50,300 nt of DNA, taken from positions 1 to 50,300 of the forward strand of contig DATEBV010000358.1 in the NCBI GenBank assembly GCA_035287205.1, read 5' to 3'. Below, in pieces: positions 9,001 to 17,485 of the stretch. The position numbers were made by a program, and so were the translations under genes. Source of the DNA: Chthoniobacterales bacterium (GTDB lineage Bacteria > Verrucomicrobiota > Verrucomicrobiia > Chthoniobacterales > UBA6821). Each line of letters begins with the position of its first letter. Position 1 is the stretch's first letter. The notes below the pieces were generated by a model that saw nothing but the letters and a program-made list of their open reading frames with translations, was not told the DNA's origin and did no database searches.

Positions 9001-10031
9001 TTTTCCTCTGAATCGATGATTGCTTCTTCAAATGTAGTCGTCGTTGTAGGATCAGAGATTGTTGAGTTAACTATTGTTGCATCAGAAATAATAGTTTCTC
9101 CATTACTTCGGTTCTCTTGAGACCTCTGAGTTCTTGCGGTTTCTAGTGCTTCATAAGCAATCTCTTCTTCTTCTCTTGCCTTTGCAAGATCGGCTTCGGC
9201 TGTAGCGCTCTGCGCAGTATCTCTTACTTCAATGGCCATTAATGTAGCCTTAGCTGTTGTTACTTTTGCTTTCGCAAGTTTTTCAACAAGCACTTTGATC
9301 TGATAATTTTCATACGCTTTATCAGCATATTTTTTCCCATGCAGGATGGCTGAAGTAGAGTTGGATCTTTTTTCAGCCAATTCTTTCTCTTTTTGAGCCG
9401 TCTCTAATATTTGTTGGCTCTTTTCTACATCTCTAATGGCTTGTTTCTCTACAGCGGCCCATTCTTTAGCCTCTTGTAGTGCCTCTTCAGAATTGCCACT
9501 AGCGGTTATCTTTCTATTTCGTGACATTTCTGCGACTCTGGCAAGACAGCTTGTATAGATATTATTGTAAATTTCATTTTTAAGAAATTGGGAGGTATTA
9601 TTTTCTTCAAAGAATTCGTCTTCGTCATTTGTTTCCCATGTGATGACGCTTGATGAACTGTTTCTCACAGGAAGAAGTGTTTCGGTGATAGTGCTGACTG
9701 CTGCGCTATCAAGAGAAGTGATTCTTTTTCCAAAAACTCCTAAGGATTCTTCCAATGCTTTTGCCTCTTCGAGTATTGAGGGATTCATCATTAGGTGGCA
9801 CCTCAAGTTTTGACTTGAGTTGTCACAGTTCGCAATTTGCAGTTCGTAGTTCGTAGTAATATTGCCAAGGAGGTTTTGCCTATGGTTTTCAGTCTGTGAA
9901 AAAAGACTGTCGGGAAAAAATATGAAAAGAGAGAGAATTAAAAATATTTGTAAGCGTTCACATCCCCTCCTTCGGAGGACGGATCTGAACCAAATGAATC
10001 GATTGCGAAGTTGTCGTGTGATGTAATGCAT
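6060..10031 (-). CDS. giant Ala/Glu/Lys/Gln-rich coiled-coil protein (function unknown)
   Basis: 1323-aa ORF in its longest form. From ATG 10031 (inside repeat A5) the N-terminus reads like a Sec signal: RRRGCER, then LQIFLILSLFIFF, then PDSLFSQ. Alternative start is ATG 9791, preceded by GAGGTG. Three in-frame tandem duplications are present. Confidence 0.7.
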   Translation of the reverse strand: MHYITRQLRNRFIWFRSVLRRRGCERLQIFLILSLFIFFPDSLFSQTENHRQNLLGNITTNYELQIANCDNSSQNLRCHLMMNPSILEEAKALEESLGVFGKRITSLDSAAVSTITETLLPVRNSSSSVITWETNDEDEFFEENNTSQFLKNEIYNNIYTSCLARVAEMSRNRKITASGNSEEALQEAKEWAAVEKQAIRDVEKSQQILETAQKEKELAEKRSNSTSAILHGKKYADKAYENYQIKVLVEKLAKAKVTTAKATLMAIEVRDTAQSATAEADLAKAREEEEIAYEALETARTQRSQENRSNGETIISDATIVNSTISDPTTTTTFEEAIIDSEENAKVQREALFAPVKNELKTITNMRGRAGRVVKATDSVDQERQGKDHRVTQDTKIFNKSDWAKASTLRDEVEARAARTAPLIKAAIQEVMNPGRAERVNSMVKMLEEVRTVKTAFALLRTEFQKIKEISDKTKTQSEDALTVANNAQKSTQQTTDITAKVQAKMLKLQGECTETTQTAKNTKAFVQQALATAQEELQKTSATAEEAKTHAKRAETVASKATFTATTAEDHSEEAKAQAEKATTIAEKAQEKAEQAAKDAQEATIYAAKALQTVGITQKAPQTVGITQSPVAMKISVAMKIIQQVKSVANTLLQALEHAKTEKFESMVQSLQSAQNSQTSLDNEINHEINHEIKEKINEEINYKMKATQAEAEENHEIAHIWNFAAQAPHNKKSTEAAVKCVEHLLKAQEAQSENKTLAQQERELAGQFWILAQQPAQKATEEIFNALLKSQEARAKGDQNLATCWRETAKQYQNYQEYTQMGYSNPSMDLSEKCAVALKKCALYETQASEARVAGNPELVSSWATTAKQFQTIAQLYDQWIKASEACKPSEEIQRLNAKIYAEAATAETLIKSAEYFTKAHETHIANNQELAACYKEVAESLKKEPSQGNRPPIIEALVKQAEYSEKAQKAQAAGRQELANLFKGLAANHHTLSLDSPQIHQQLEEARRNEQNARSSYDSQCNRSTNDQYAYQQRDEAYKRLQKEQQKVNELSQLPNLINTARQYIQSAPPQIERLEKEAGYLEKAQQAQVRGDSEQATAWKKLLEQFQHAQRIIQQAPQQINSYQQQMNQSGQDRSRAQQYITGLNCKLASANRMNNQTLPMLVTWLERTQEAQSVENKNSCKTVVQQLQKALDEDQKVLQSAENTLMDNCPVTQAASVANQLAHNLAQRTEQLWKTYKHQETLQSNWDLAEQSLTHWSEAVQLIKTVLENKSQTTQALKAGKQEEARSSAQKAKEAAKAALVEIEKVQEEMIKSLCEKK
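7951..7986 (-). repeat. 12-bp in-frame tandem repeat (about 3 units) inside the giant ORF
   Basis: atttcatggttt atttcatggttt atttcattgtct; encodes NHEI-NHEI. Confidence 0.85.
8106..8141 (-). repeat. 18-bp in-frame tandem duplication inside the giant ORF
   Basis: aattttcatagcaactga / aattttcatagcaactgg; encodes VAMKIS-VAMKII. Confidence 0.9.
8147..8206 (-). repeat. 30-bp in-frame tandem duplication inside the giant ORF
   Basis: gggtgatgccgacagtttggggcgcttttt / gggtgatgccgacagtttggagcgcttttg; encodes the peptide QTVGITQ twice, one copy per unit. Confidence 0.9.
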
Positions 10032-10051
10032 AGTTTGTTGAGGAGCTACTT
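9950..10051 (-). repeat. Family A element (A5), sense and upstream of / fused to the giant coiled-coil ORF
   Basis: The reverse complement reads agtagctcctcaacaaactatgcattacatcacacgacaacttcgcaatcgattcatttggttcagatccgtcctccgaaggaggggatgtgaacgcttac. Its ATG is the first codon of ORF 6060-10031. Confidence 0.88.
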
Positions 10052-10086
10052 TCGAAGGAGAGGAGGCAGAACGGTTATATTTTTGG

Positions 10087-10147
10087 TAATTATTCGGCCA
10101 ACAGGCCGAATAGAGGCTATAGGTTGTAGGCTATAGGCTGTAGGTTG
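10087..10147. repeat. ATTCGGCC hairpin plus CTRTAGG heptamer tract
   Basis: taattATTCGGCCaacaGGCCGAATag followed by aggctataggttgtaggctataggctgtaggttg. Similar combinations occur at 2067-2140 and (hairpin only) 14824-14849. Confidence 0.8.
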
Positions 10148-10359
10148 ATTAATACGCTGATTAAGATTTGATAGATCACTCTGATGATTAATTGATTCTC
10201 TGCCACATTTTACCGATGGGTTAACCGAATATTTACTATTTTTGTATGGTTGTTTTTAAGCCGCCGAAAAAACTTGCGGTTAATTAAGTGATAGTGTAAG
10301 AGTAACAACTTGCCTTTCCTTATGTCAAATCAAGATTGGCTTTTTGATTCCTTTAATTT

Positions 10360-10443
10360 ATGCATTACATCACATTACGACTTCGCAGTCGATTCATTTG
10401 GTTCAGATCCTGCCTCCAAAGGAGGGGGATCTGAACGCTTACC
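10360..10443 (+). repeat. Family A element (A6) ending exactly at the infA start codon
   Basis: atgcattacatcacattacgacttcgcagtcgattcatttggttcagatcctgcctccaaaggagggggatctgaacgcttacc followed directly by ATG 10444; hairpin 10400-10436. Confidence 0.92.
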
Positions 10444-10662
10444 ATGGCAAAAGAACAAGCAATTACTACTGATGGGGTCGTCTTGGAGGTTCTCCCTGGT
10501 ACGATGTTTCGTGTCAGATTATCCAATGGGCATCCTGTTTTAGGGCATATCTCAGGGAAAATGCGAAAGCATTTTATCCGTATTGTTCCTGGAGATAAAG
10601 TTACTGTAGAGATGTCTCCATACGATTTAACTAAGGCGCGTATTGTTTTCCGTACTGCGTAG
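10444..10662 (+). CDS. infA: translation initiation factor IF-1
   Basis: 72-aa ORF; near-canonical IF-1 S1-fold sequence ([20 protein letters not shown]...[16 protein letters not shown]). Confidence 0.95.
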   Translation: MAKEQAITTDGVVLEVLPGTMFRVRLSNGHPVLGHISGKMRKHFIRIVPGDKVTVEMSPYDLTKARIVFRTA

Positions 10663-10738
10663 ATGTTCAGATTTCCCCTCCTTTGGAGGAAGAATCTGAA
10701 CTAAATGATTAAAATACGAAGTTATAGTGTGAATGCAT
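10659..10738 (-). repeat. Family A element (A7), inverted, between infA and the acyl-CoA synthetase
   Basis: gtagatgttcagatttcccctcctttggaggaagaatctgaactaaatgattaaaatacgaagttatagtgtgaatgcat. It overlaps the infA stop TAG (10660-10662) and contains ATG 10705 of the next ORF. Confidence 0.88.
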
Positions 10739-12813
10739 TGCGTAATTTTTTATCGAGGAAAGGTAACAATAAAATAAAGACATCTTGTTTTACTTCAATT
10801 GCTCCACAGCAGAGACTGAGTGTTTACGAGAATTCGAATATAGCAGCCCTTTTTTTATGGGCTGGTGAATCTTGGGCTGCCAAGCCAGCCTTTGCAACGC
10901 GTCATGATGATGGAAATTTCCATGCGGTGAGTTACCATGAGTGGTGTGACCGTTCCCTCAATTTAGCAACAGCATTAATCGACCTTGGTGTTGCTGCTCG
11001 TGAGCATGTGGGGTTATTTAGCGATAATCGCTTGGAATGGATTTTAGCCGATGCGGCCGTTCAGTTTTGTGGTGCTGCTGATGTTCCTCGAGGGAGTGAT
11101 ATTACCGATGAGGAGATGGTTTATATTCTCAACCATGCTGATATTAAGGTTCTTTTTTTAGAAAACAGCTCTTTGCTCCACAAAATGGAATCCGTTAAAG
11201 AACGTCTTCCTAACCTTTGTCATGTGATTCTCATGGAGGATGCGACCTCTTCCTTTTCGGAGATTAGACTTCTTTCTTTACAAGAATTAGAGATGAGGGG
11301 TGAAACCTTACGTCTCGCTGGAGATCGGCGTGTGGAGGAACGTCTTGATCAAATCGCTGCCGAGGATCTCTGTACGATGATCTATACTTCAGGAACAACA
11401 GGAATTCCTAAAGGGGTGCAGCTGACCCATGCTGCGATAGTTTCACAGATACGCAATGTTCCTTTTGGAAAAGGGGTCAGTCCCCGGATTTTGGAAAAAA
11501 GATCAGGGACTGACCCCTTTTCTCAGAATCCGGGGACTGACCCCTTTTCTGACCCCTTTTGTGAATTTCGAGCACTTTCGATTTTGCCTGTTTGGCACAG
11601 CTATGAACGGATTTTTGAAATTATTACTATTAGCCAAGGGGGGTGTACTTACTATACCTCCTTGCGTCATCTGGCTTCAGATTTTCGTGCTGTACGTCCG
11701 ACGGTGATCGCTTCTTCGCCAAGGCTTTGGGAAGCGCTTTACGAACGGATGATGAAGGGGATTAAGGAGCAGCAAGGAATGGCAAAAAAAATGGTTTTGC
11801 TAGCTCTTTGGTCAGCTAATGCTGTGGGTGAAGCGAAGCGTTTTTTTACAGGGCAACAGTGTGATCTCACAGGAAGGTCTTGGATTAGTTCTTTAGCCTG
11901 TTCTCTAATATATAGTTTGCAATGGATGGTTGCCATTATTCCTTTTCTCTGGCTCGATCGACTAGTCCTTGCGAAGTTTCGCAGTATTGTGGGAGGAGAA
12001 CTCAAGGCCACTATTTCAGGAGGAGGGGCGCTTCCTCCTTACATTGATCGATTTTTTAATAATATCGGTATTGCGCTTCTCGAAGGGTATGGACTTACCG
12101 AGAGTGCTCCTGTATTAGCCGTTCGAACCTTGCAGCATCAGGTTATTGGGACGGTGGGCCCTCTTTTGCCAGAAACAGAGATCAAAATTATCAATTGTGT
12201 CACCGGTGAAACTCTTTATCCTGATTCGTCACAATGTGATTTAGGAAAGGGACTGCGCGGTGAAATTTGTGCTCGAGGCCCTCAACTCATGAAAGGATAT
12301 TATAAGGATCCTGAAGGAACGGAACGAGTTCTTCGCGATGGATGGCTTCATACAGGTGACATTGGCATGATGACTTTTAATAATTGTCTTAAAATTGTCG
12401 GTCGTTGTAAGGAGACCATTGTCCTTCGAAGTGGTGAGAATGTAGAACCATTGCCCATCGAATCACGTCTTCTGGAATCACCTCTTATTGCTCAATGCAT
12501 TGTTGTTGGCCAAGATCAAAAGTATCTTGGAGCATTGATTGTTCCTTCTCTTAATGGGCTAGGTAAGCATGGCTTAAACGCAACATCTCTGATGGAACTA
12601 ATGCAACAGAGGGAGGTACTGCACCGTTTTTTTAGGGAAGAGATACGACGTCTTGTAAGTGCTGAGCATGGTTTTAAGCCATTTGAACGTATTGTTGTCT
12701 GGCATTTACTCTCCAAACCGTTTGAAATTGGAGATGAACTTACTGCTACTTATAAATTAAAACGCCATGTGATTGCTGAGCGGTATAAGGAAGAGATTGA
12801 GGGAATATTCTGA
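10705..12813 (+). CDS. long-chain acyl-CoA synthetase (AMP-forming)
   Basis: 702-aa ORF; motifs YTSGTTGIPKG, GYGLTESAP, GWLHTGDIG. The first ATG lies inside repeat A7 (alternative TTG at 10738). Carries an in-frame palindromic insertion at 11466-11560. Confidence 0.85.
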   Translation: MIKIRSYSVNALRNFLSRKGNNKIKTSCFTSIAPQQRLSVYENSNIAALFLWAGESWAAKPAFATRHDDGNFHAVSYHEWCDRSLNLATALIDLGVAAREHVGLFSDNRLEWILADAAVQFCGAADVPRGSDITDEEMVYILNHADIKVLFLENSSLLHKMESVKERLPNLCHVILMEDATSSFSEIRLLSLQELEMRGETLRLAGDRRVEERLDQIAAEDLCTMIYTSGTTGIPKGVQLTHAAIVSQIRNVPFGKGVSPRILEKRSGTDPFSQNPGTDPFSDPFCEFRALSILPVWHSYERIFEIITISQGGCTYYTSLRHLASDFRAVRPTVIASSPRLWEALYERMMKGIKEQQGMAKKMVLLALWSANAVGEAKRFFTGQQCDLTGRSWISSLACSLIYSLQWMVAIIPFLWLDRLVLAKFRSIVGGELKATISGGGALPPYIDRFFNNIGIALLEGYGLTESAPVLAVRTLQHQVIGTVGPLLPETEIKIINCVTGETLYPDSSQCDLGKGLRGEICARGPQLMKGYYKDPEGTERVLRDGWLHTGDIGMMTFNNCLKIVGRCKETIVLRSGENVEPLPIESRLLESPLIAQCIVVGQDQKYLGALIVPSLNGLGKHGLNATSLMELMQQREVLHRFFREEIRRLVSAEHGFKPFERIVVWHLLSKPFEIGDELTATYKLKRHVIAERYKEEIEGIF
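11466..11560. mobile_element. Palindromic GGGACTGACCCCTTTT-type repeat cluster inserted in frame in the acyl-CoA synthetase gene
   Basis: Perfect 22-bp inverted repeat: aaaaggggtcagtccccggatt (11469-11490) / aatccggggactgacccctttt (11527-11548). Extra right-arm copies at 11506-11521 and 11549-11560. Encodes GKGVSPRILEKRSGTDPFSQNPGTDPFSDPF. Confidence 0.8.
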
Positions 12814-13014
12814 AGCCGCTCTGCGGTTTGAAAGGAAAGGCGAGTTTTTTATCTAAAAAGTAAGTCAATTCGAGACCTGAACCCTGTCCCCTTTCTAGGT
12901 TGAACAACAGTATTTTTATGCTATTGTTTATATAAATATTTTCCAGACCACTGGTATTCAACTTTTGACCTTTTAAGCAGTATTAAGGTTTTACCTTAAT
13001 ACTATTCTCTACGC

Positions 13015-13704
13015 ATGTTTTGTGAAGCTTGTAAAACTAAGGACGCATCTGTTTTTCTCACTCAGATTATTGATGGAGGAATGCAGAAGCTCAATCTTTG
13101 TGAGTCTTGCTCGGTGGAAAAAGGAATCGATGATCCTGCAGGATTTGCTCTAGCCGATATGCTCTTAGGCATTGGTGTTGCTGCGCTCGAAGTTGCTCAA
13201 GAGATTAAAAAATCTTCTGTAATGATTACTTGTTCTTCTTGTGGTTTATCACAAAGTGATTTCAAGAAGAGAGGACGCTTAGGATGTGGTGCTTGTTATG
13301 AAACTTTTGCAGAAGATCTTTCGGTGATACTTCGCACCATGCACCGTGATACAATGCATCGAGGCAAAGTGCCTGCAAAGTTTGCTATAACACGTGCTCA
13401 TCGGATCAATGTTGAAACTCTCCAGGCTACTTTAGAGAAGGCGATTACTGAAGAGCAATATGAACAGGCAGCTCTTTTACGAGATAAACTTACGATGATG
13501 CAGCAGGATATTTCTTCTTCTCAAGATATTCAGCTATCTTCTCACCCCCACAGTTTGTCTTGCCAAGATTCGGAGATGAGCGGTGTTGTTCCTGAGAGTA
13601 TTGTCTCTAAAGTACAAGGAATACTTCCGTTAGAGGAAACGACTGTTGTTTTGGGTGTTTCTCTTAAGAAAAAAATAACTCAAGCGAAAAGAAAGAAATC
13701 ATGA
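13015..13704 (+). CDS. mcsA: McsA-like protein (zinc-finger plus UVR motif activator of arginine kinase)
   Basis: 229-aa ORF; paired CxxC motifs (CEAC...CESC; CSSC...CGAC) and UVR motif EEQYEQAALLRDKL; 4-bp overlap with mcsB. Confidence 0.75.
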   Translation: MFCEACKTKDASVFLTQIIDGGMQKLNLCESCSVEKGIDDPAGFALADMLLGIGVAALEVAQEIKKSSVMITCSSCGLSQSDFKKRGRLGCGACYETFAEDLSVILRTMHRDTMHRGKVPAKFAITRAHRINVETLQATLEKAITEEQYEQAALLRDKLTMMQQDISSSQDIQLSSHPHSLSCQDSEMSGVVPESIVSKVQGILPLEETTVVLGVSLKKKITQAKRKKS

Positions 13705-14855
13705 CCTTTTCCCCCATTATTGCCAGTACAGGAGAGTGGTTGCATGGTACTGGTCCTCACAGTGAAATTGTAGTGAGTAGTCGCGTACGACTTGCTCGTA
13801 ATCTTGAAGGGAAGCCTTTTCCAGGGTGGGCCAAAAAGCCAGAACGGCTTGCAGTGATGGAAGCCTTATTGCCTGTGATTGGAGCTCTTCCTGAGATGGC
13901 ATCTTCTTTTTCTGAAAAAATGGAGAATTTGACCCTTCTTGAAAAGCAAATGCTCGTAGAGCGTCATCTTATTAGTCATGAGCATGCTGCTAAATCGGTT
14001 GGAGGAGCTCTTGTGATGAATGCAGCACAGACGTTAAGTTTCATGATTAACGAGGAAGATCATCTGCGAATGCAGGCCATCCGTTCAGGTCTCCAGCTTC
14101 ATGAAGCTTTTGCCATGATTAACCAAACAGACAGTGAGTTGGAAGAGGTCCTCCCTTTTGCTTTTCATCATGAGTTGGGATACCTGACAGCCTGTCCTTC
14201 AAATGTTGGAACGGGTATGCGAGCCTCCGTGATGCTTCATTTGCCGGGTCTTGTGATTTCTGATCAGATCAACAAAGTTATTAATGCCGTTAATAAAATT
14301 ACTTTTGCAGTGCGTGGTATTCATGGCGAGGGAACTGATGCTATTGGCAATCTCTTTCAAGTTTCTAATCAAATAACTCTTGGAGAGAGCGAGGAGGAGA
14401 TTATCAATCGCCTTCATAAGGTAGTTACTCAGATTCTGCAACATGAGAAGAATGCGAGGACAATGCTTCTCCAGCAACAAACTGAAAAATTACTCGATCA
14501 AGTAGGAAGAGCTTATGGAATATTATTCCATGCTCATTCTATTGCTACCAAGGAGGCGCTCAACCTTCTTTCTTTTATTAAAATGGGAATTGATCTCCAT
14601 CTTTTTCCTGATGTTCATCGTTTGGCCATTGATGAACTTTTTATTGAGACACAGCCAGCTCATTTACAAAAGAGTTTGAAAATCTCTTCTGCTCTAGAAT
14701 CAATTTCTTCTTCAGTAAGCTCTTCTGTGAATTGTGCTGCGACAGAAAAAATGACATCTCAGCAACGAGATTCCTTGCGCGCAGTTGTTATTCAGAAGAG
14801 ATTACAATGCATGCCTGCACCGTGTTATTCGGCCAACAGGCCGAATAACGTTTAA
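13701..14855 (+). CDS. mcsB: protein arginine kinase (ATP:guanido phosphotransferase)
   Basis: 384-aa ORF; guanido-kinase signature CPSNVGTGMRASV; C-terminal YSANRPNNV is read through an ATTCGGCC/GGCCGAAT hairpin. Confidence 0.85.
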   Translation: MTFSPIIASTGEWLHGTGPHSEIVVSSRVRLARNLEGKPFPGWAKKPERLAVMEALLPVIGALPEMASSFSEKMENLTLLEKQMLVERHLISHEHAAKSVGGALVMNAAQTLSFMINEEDHLRMQAIRSGLQLHEAFAMINQTDSELEEVLPFAFHHELGYLTACPSNVGTGMRASVMLHLPGLVISDQINKVINAVNKITFAVRGIHGEGTDAIGNLFQVSNQITLGESEEEIINRLHKVVTQILQHEKNARTMLLQQQTEKLLDQVGRAYGILFHAHSIATKEALNLLSFIKMGIDLHLFPDVHRLAIDELFIETQPAHLQKSLKISSALESISSSVSSSVNCAATEKMTSQQRDSLRAVVIQKRLQCMPAPCYSANRPNNV

Positions 14856-14953
14856 GCTCAGTTCACAGCTCTCCATCATTCACAAAATCATTGAGGGATT
14901 TAAAATTCTTATCCCTTAAACTCTGAAACATTTAACCCCCTAAATTACTACAT

Positions 14954-17452
14954 ATGAATAATTTTACACCACGAGTTCAAGAAGTTCTTGCCTTAGCTAA
15001 GAAAGAGGCAGAGCGTTTACATCATACTTACATTGGTACAGAACATGTGCTCTTAGGCCTTATTGGCTTAGGTCAGGGGGTTGCTGTGAATGTTTTGCAA
15101 AAAATAGGTCTTGATTTAGATGTCGTACGTAAGGAAGTTGAGCAGCTCGTTGTAATAGATGAACCAGTAAAAACAGGAGAAAATCTGCCCTATACACCAC
15201 GGGTCAAAAAAGTTTTTGCACTTGCAGCTAAGGAGGCAAAGGCTTTGAGACATACCTATGTTGGCACCGAACATATTTTACTCGGTTTGTTACGCGAGGG
15301 GGAGGGAGTTGCGGCTCAGGTGCTCAGTGCTCTCGAGGTCGATATTGAGCGTACACGCAATGAGATTCTCAAAGAACTCGATCCTAATTTTGTGCCAGGT
15401 GAAGATGAAGGTGATTTCGTTGCAGCTGGAGGAGGGAGTGGACAAGTTTCCAAAACACCTGCTCTCAAAACTTTTGGTCGTGATCTTACTGAGTTAGCCC
15501 GTAAGGGTGAACTCGATCCTGTGATTGGACGCTCGGAAGAGATTGCCCGAGTAATTCAAATTCTTTGTCGCCGGAGCAAAAATAATCCAGTGCTGTTGGG
15601 TGAGGCAGGTGTTGGTAAGACTGCTATTGCTGAAGGTCTCGCTCAAGAAATTGTGCATGGTAATGTGCCTGAAATTCTAGCAGAGAAGCGGGTGGTTACG
15701 CTTGATCTTGCATTGATGGTCGCCGGTACTAAGTATCGTGGTCAATTTGAGGAACGAATCAAGATGGTGATGGATGAAATCCGCAAGAGTAAGAATGTTA
15801 TACTTTTTATTGATGAACTTCATACTCTTGTAGGAGCGGGCTCTGCAGAGGGAGCAATGGATGCTTCTAATATTATTAAACCTGCGCTTAGTCGTGGTGA
15901 ACTGCAATGCATTGGAGCAACTACTCTCACTGAATATCGTAAATATATTGAAAAAGATTCTGCATTAGAGCGTCGTTTTCAGACCGTAAAAGTAGAAGAA
16001 CCCTCTATTGAAGAGGCTGTGCTCATTTTAAAAGGATTAAGACCTAAGTATGAGACTCATCATAAGGCGGTAATTTCTGATGCTTCCATTGAATTAGCGG
16101 TGAAACTTTCTGAACGTTATTTAACGGGTCGTTTCTTACCTGATAAGGCTATTGATATTATGGATGAAGCAGGTGCTCGTGCTCGTATTCATGGGATGAA
16201 ACGTCCTAGTGAACTGAAGGAAATGGAAGCCAAAATCGATACTCTTCGCATTGAAAAAGAAGAGGCCATTAAAGCACAAAATTTTGAGCAGGCGGCAACT
16301 CTTCGCGACACTGAAAAAGCAGCTAAAGAAGCATTAGAAACTGCTATTACTGCTTGGCGTAAGCAGCGAGAAGAGCAAGAGGTGCTTGTAACCGAAGACG
16401 AGATCAAACATGTTGTGGCAAAGATGACAGGCGTTCCTTTGCAACGTATGGAGCAGAAAGATACTGAAAAACTGCTTGCTATGGAAGATGAACTGAAGGC
16501 TAAAGTCATCGGTCAAGATGAGGCTGTAAGTGCTATTAGCAAAGCGTTACGTCGTTCGCGCGCTGATCTCAAAGATCCGCGTCGTCCGATAGGTTCTTTT
16601 ATTTTTCTAGGACCTACGGGTGTTGGTAAGACATTCCTTGCGCGAAATCTCGCCGAGTTTATGTTTGGTGATCCAGACGCTCTGATTCAGATTGACATGT
16701 CAGAATACATGGAAAAATTTACTTCTTCTCGTCTTATTGGATCTCCTCCAGGCTATGTGGGTCATGAAGAAGGGGGACAACTCTCCGAAGCAGTTCGTCG
16801 TCGTCCTTATTCTGTTGTTCTTTTTGATGAAGTAGAAAAAGCACATCCTGATGTGATGCATCTTATGCTTCAGATTTTAGAAGAAGGCAAGATTACTGAT
16901 AGTTTAGGACGCAAGATCGATTTTAGAAATACGATTATTATTATGACGTCTAATGTTGGTGCTGAGCTTATCAAAAAGCAGACAACCTTAGGATTTGGTG
17001 CTCCCACTCTCGATGGCAATCATGAGACCATGCGTGAGAAAATTTTGGAAGAGAGCAAGAAGGTCTTTAAACCAGAATTTATCAATCGTCTTGATGACTT
17101 AATTGTTTTTCAGACTCTTTCCAAGCCGATGCTCTCTCGTATTGTCACGTTGGAAGTTTCTAAGGTGGTGGAGCGTATTAAAGGGAAGGAAATTGAAATC
17201 ACATTAAATCCTGAAGCTCATGAATTCCTAATTGAAAAAGGATATGATCCTACTTACGGAGCACGTCCGATGCGTCGTGCGGTGGAACGTTTCTTAGAAG
17301 ATCCGATGGCCGAAGAGATATTACGTGGTTCTATGAAACCAGGAGATCATGTTGAAGTTACTCGGGATGGAGAGAAACTTGCTTTTAACGTAGTGAAAAA
17401 CTTGGTTGAAAAATTAACTACGAAAGAACGGTCCAAAAAAATAAAGAGTTAA
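14954..17452 (+). CDS. clpC: ATP-dependent Clp protease ATP-binding subunit ClpC
   Basis: 832-aa ORF; two Clp_N repeats, Walker [14 protein letters not shown] (D1) and [12 protein letters not shown] (D2), UVR-like linker. Confidence 0.92.
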   Translation: MNNFTPRVQEVLALAKKEAERLHHTYIGTEHVLLGLIGLGQGVAVNVLQKIGLDLDVVRKEVEQLVVIDEPVKTGENLPYTPRVKKVFALAAKEAKALRHTYVGTEHILLGLLREGEGVAAQVLSALEVDIERTRNEILKELDPNFVPGEDEGDFVAAGGGSGQVSKTPALKTFGRDLTELARKGELDPVIGRSEEIARVIQILCRRSKNNPVLLGEAGVGKTAIAEGLAQEIVHGNVPEILAEKRVVTLDLALMVAGTKYRGQFEERIKMVMDEIRKSKNVILFIDELHTLVGAGSAEGAMDASNIIKPALSRGELQCIGATTLTEYRKYIEKDSALERRFQTVKVEEPSIEEAVLILKGLRPKYETHHKAVISDASIELAVKLSERYLTGRFLPDKAIDIMDEAGARARIHGMKRPSELKEMEAKIDTLRIEKEEAIKAQNFEQAATLRDTEKAAKEALETAITAWRKQREEQEVLVTEDEIKHVVAKMTGVPLQRMEQKDTEKLLAMEDELKAKVIGQDEAVSAISKALRRSRADLKDPRRPIGSFIFLGPTGVGKTFLARNLAEFMFGDPDALIQIDMSEYMEKFTSSRLIGSPPGYVGHEEGGQLSEAVRRRPYSVVLFDEVEKAHPDVMHLMLQILEEGKITDSLGRKIDFRNTIIIMTSNVGAELIKKQTTLGFGAPTLDGNHETMREKILEESKKVFKPEFINRLDDLIVFQTLSKPMLSRIVTLEVSKVVERIKGKEIEITLNPEAHEFLIEKGYDPTYGARPMRRAVERFLEDPMAEEILRGSMKPGDHVEVTRDGEKLAFNVVKNLVEKLTTKERSKKIKS

Positions 17453-17485
17453 CTACCAACGTTTTTACCTTAGTAGTTCTCCTCC

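Noticed and set aside
10310-10543. 77-aa ORF overlapping the infA start
   Set aside because: Its middle is family A element A6 read in the hemC-type frame ([26 protein letters not shown]). It is out of frame with infA and has no support beyond the repeat.
12940-13014. CtsR operator or CIRCE element upstream of mcsA
   Set aside because: Only one TTTGACC heptad (12963-12969) is present, not the tandem A/GGTCAAA repeat. There is no TTAGCACTC-N9-GAGTGCTAA. The hairpin gtattaaggttttaccttaatac (12981-13003) is unexplained but matches no known operator that I can name.
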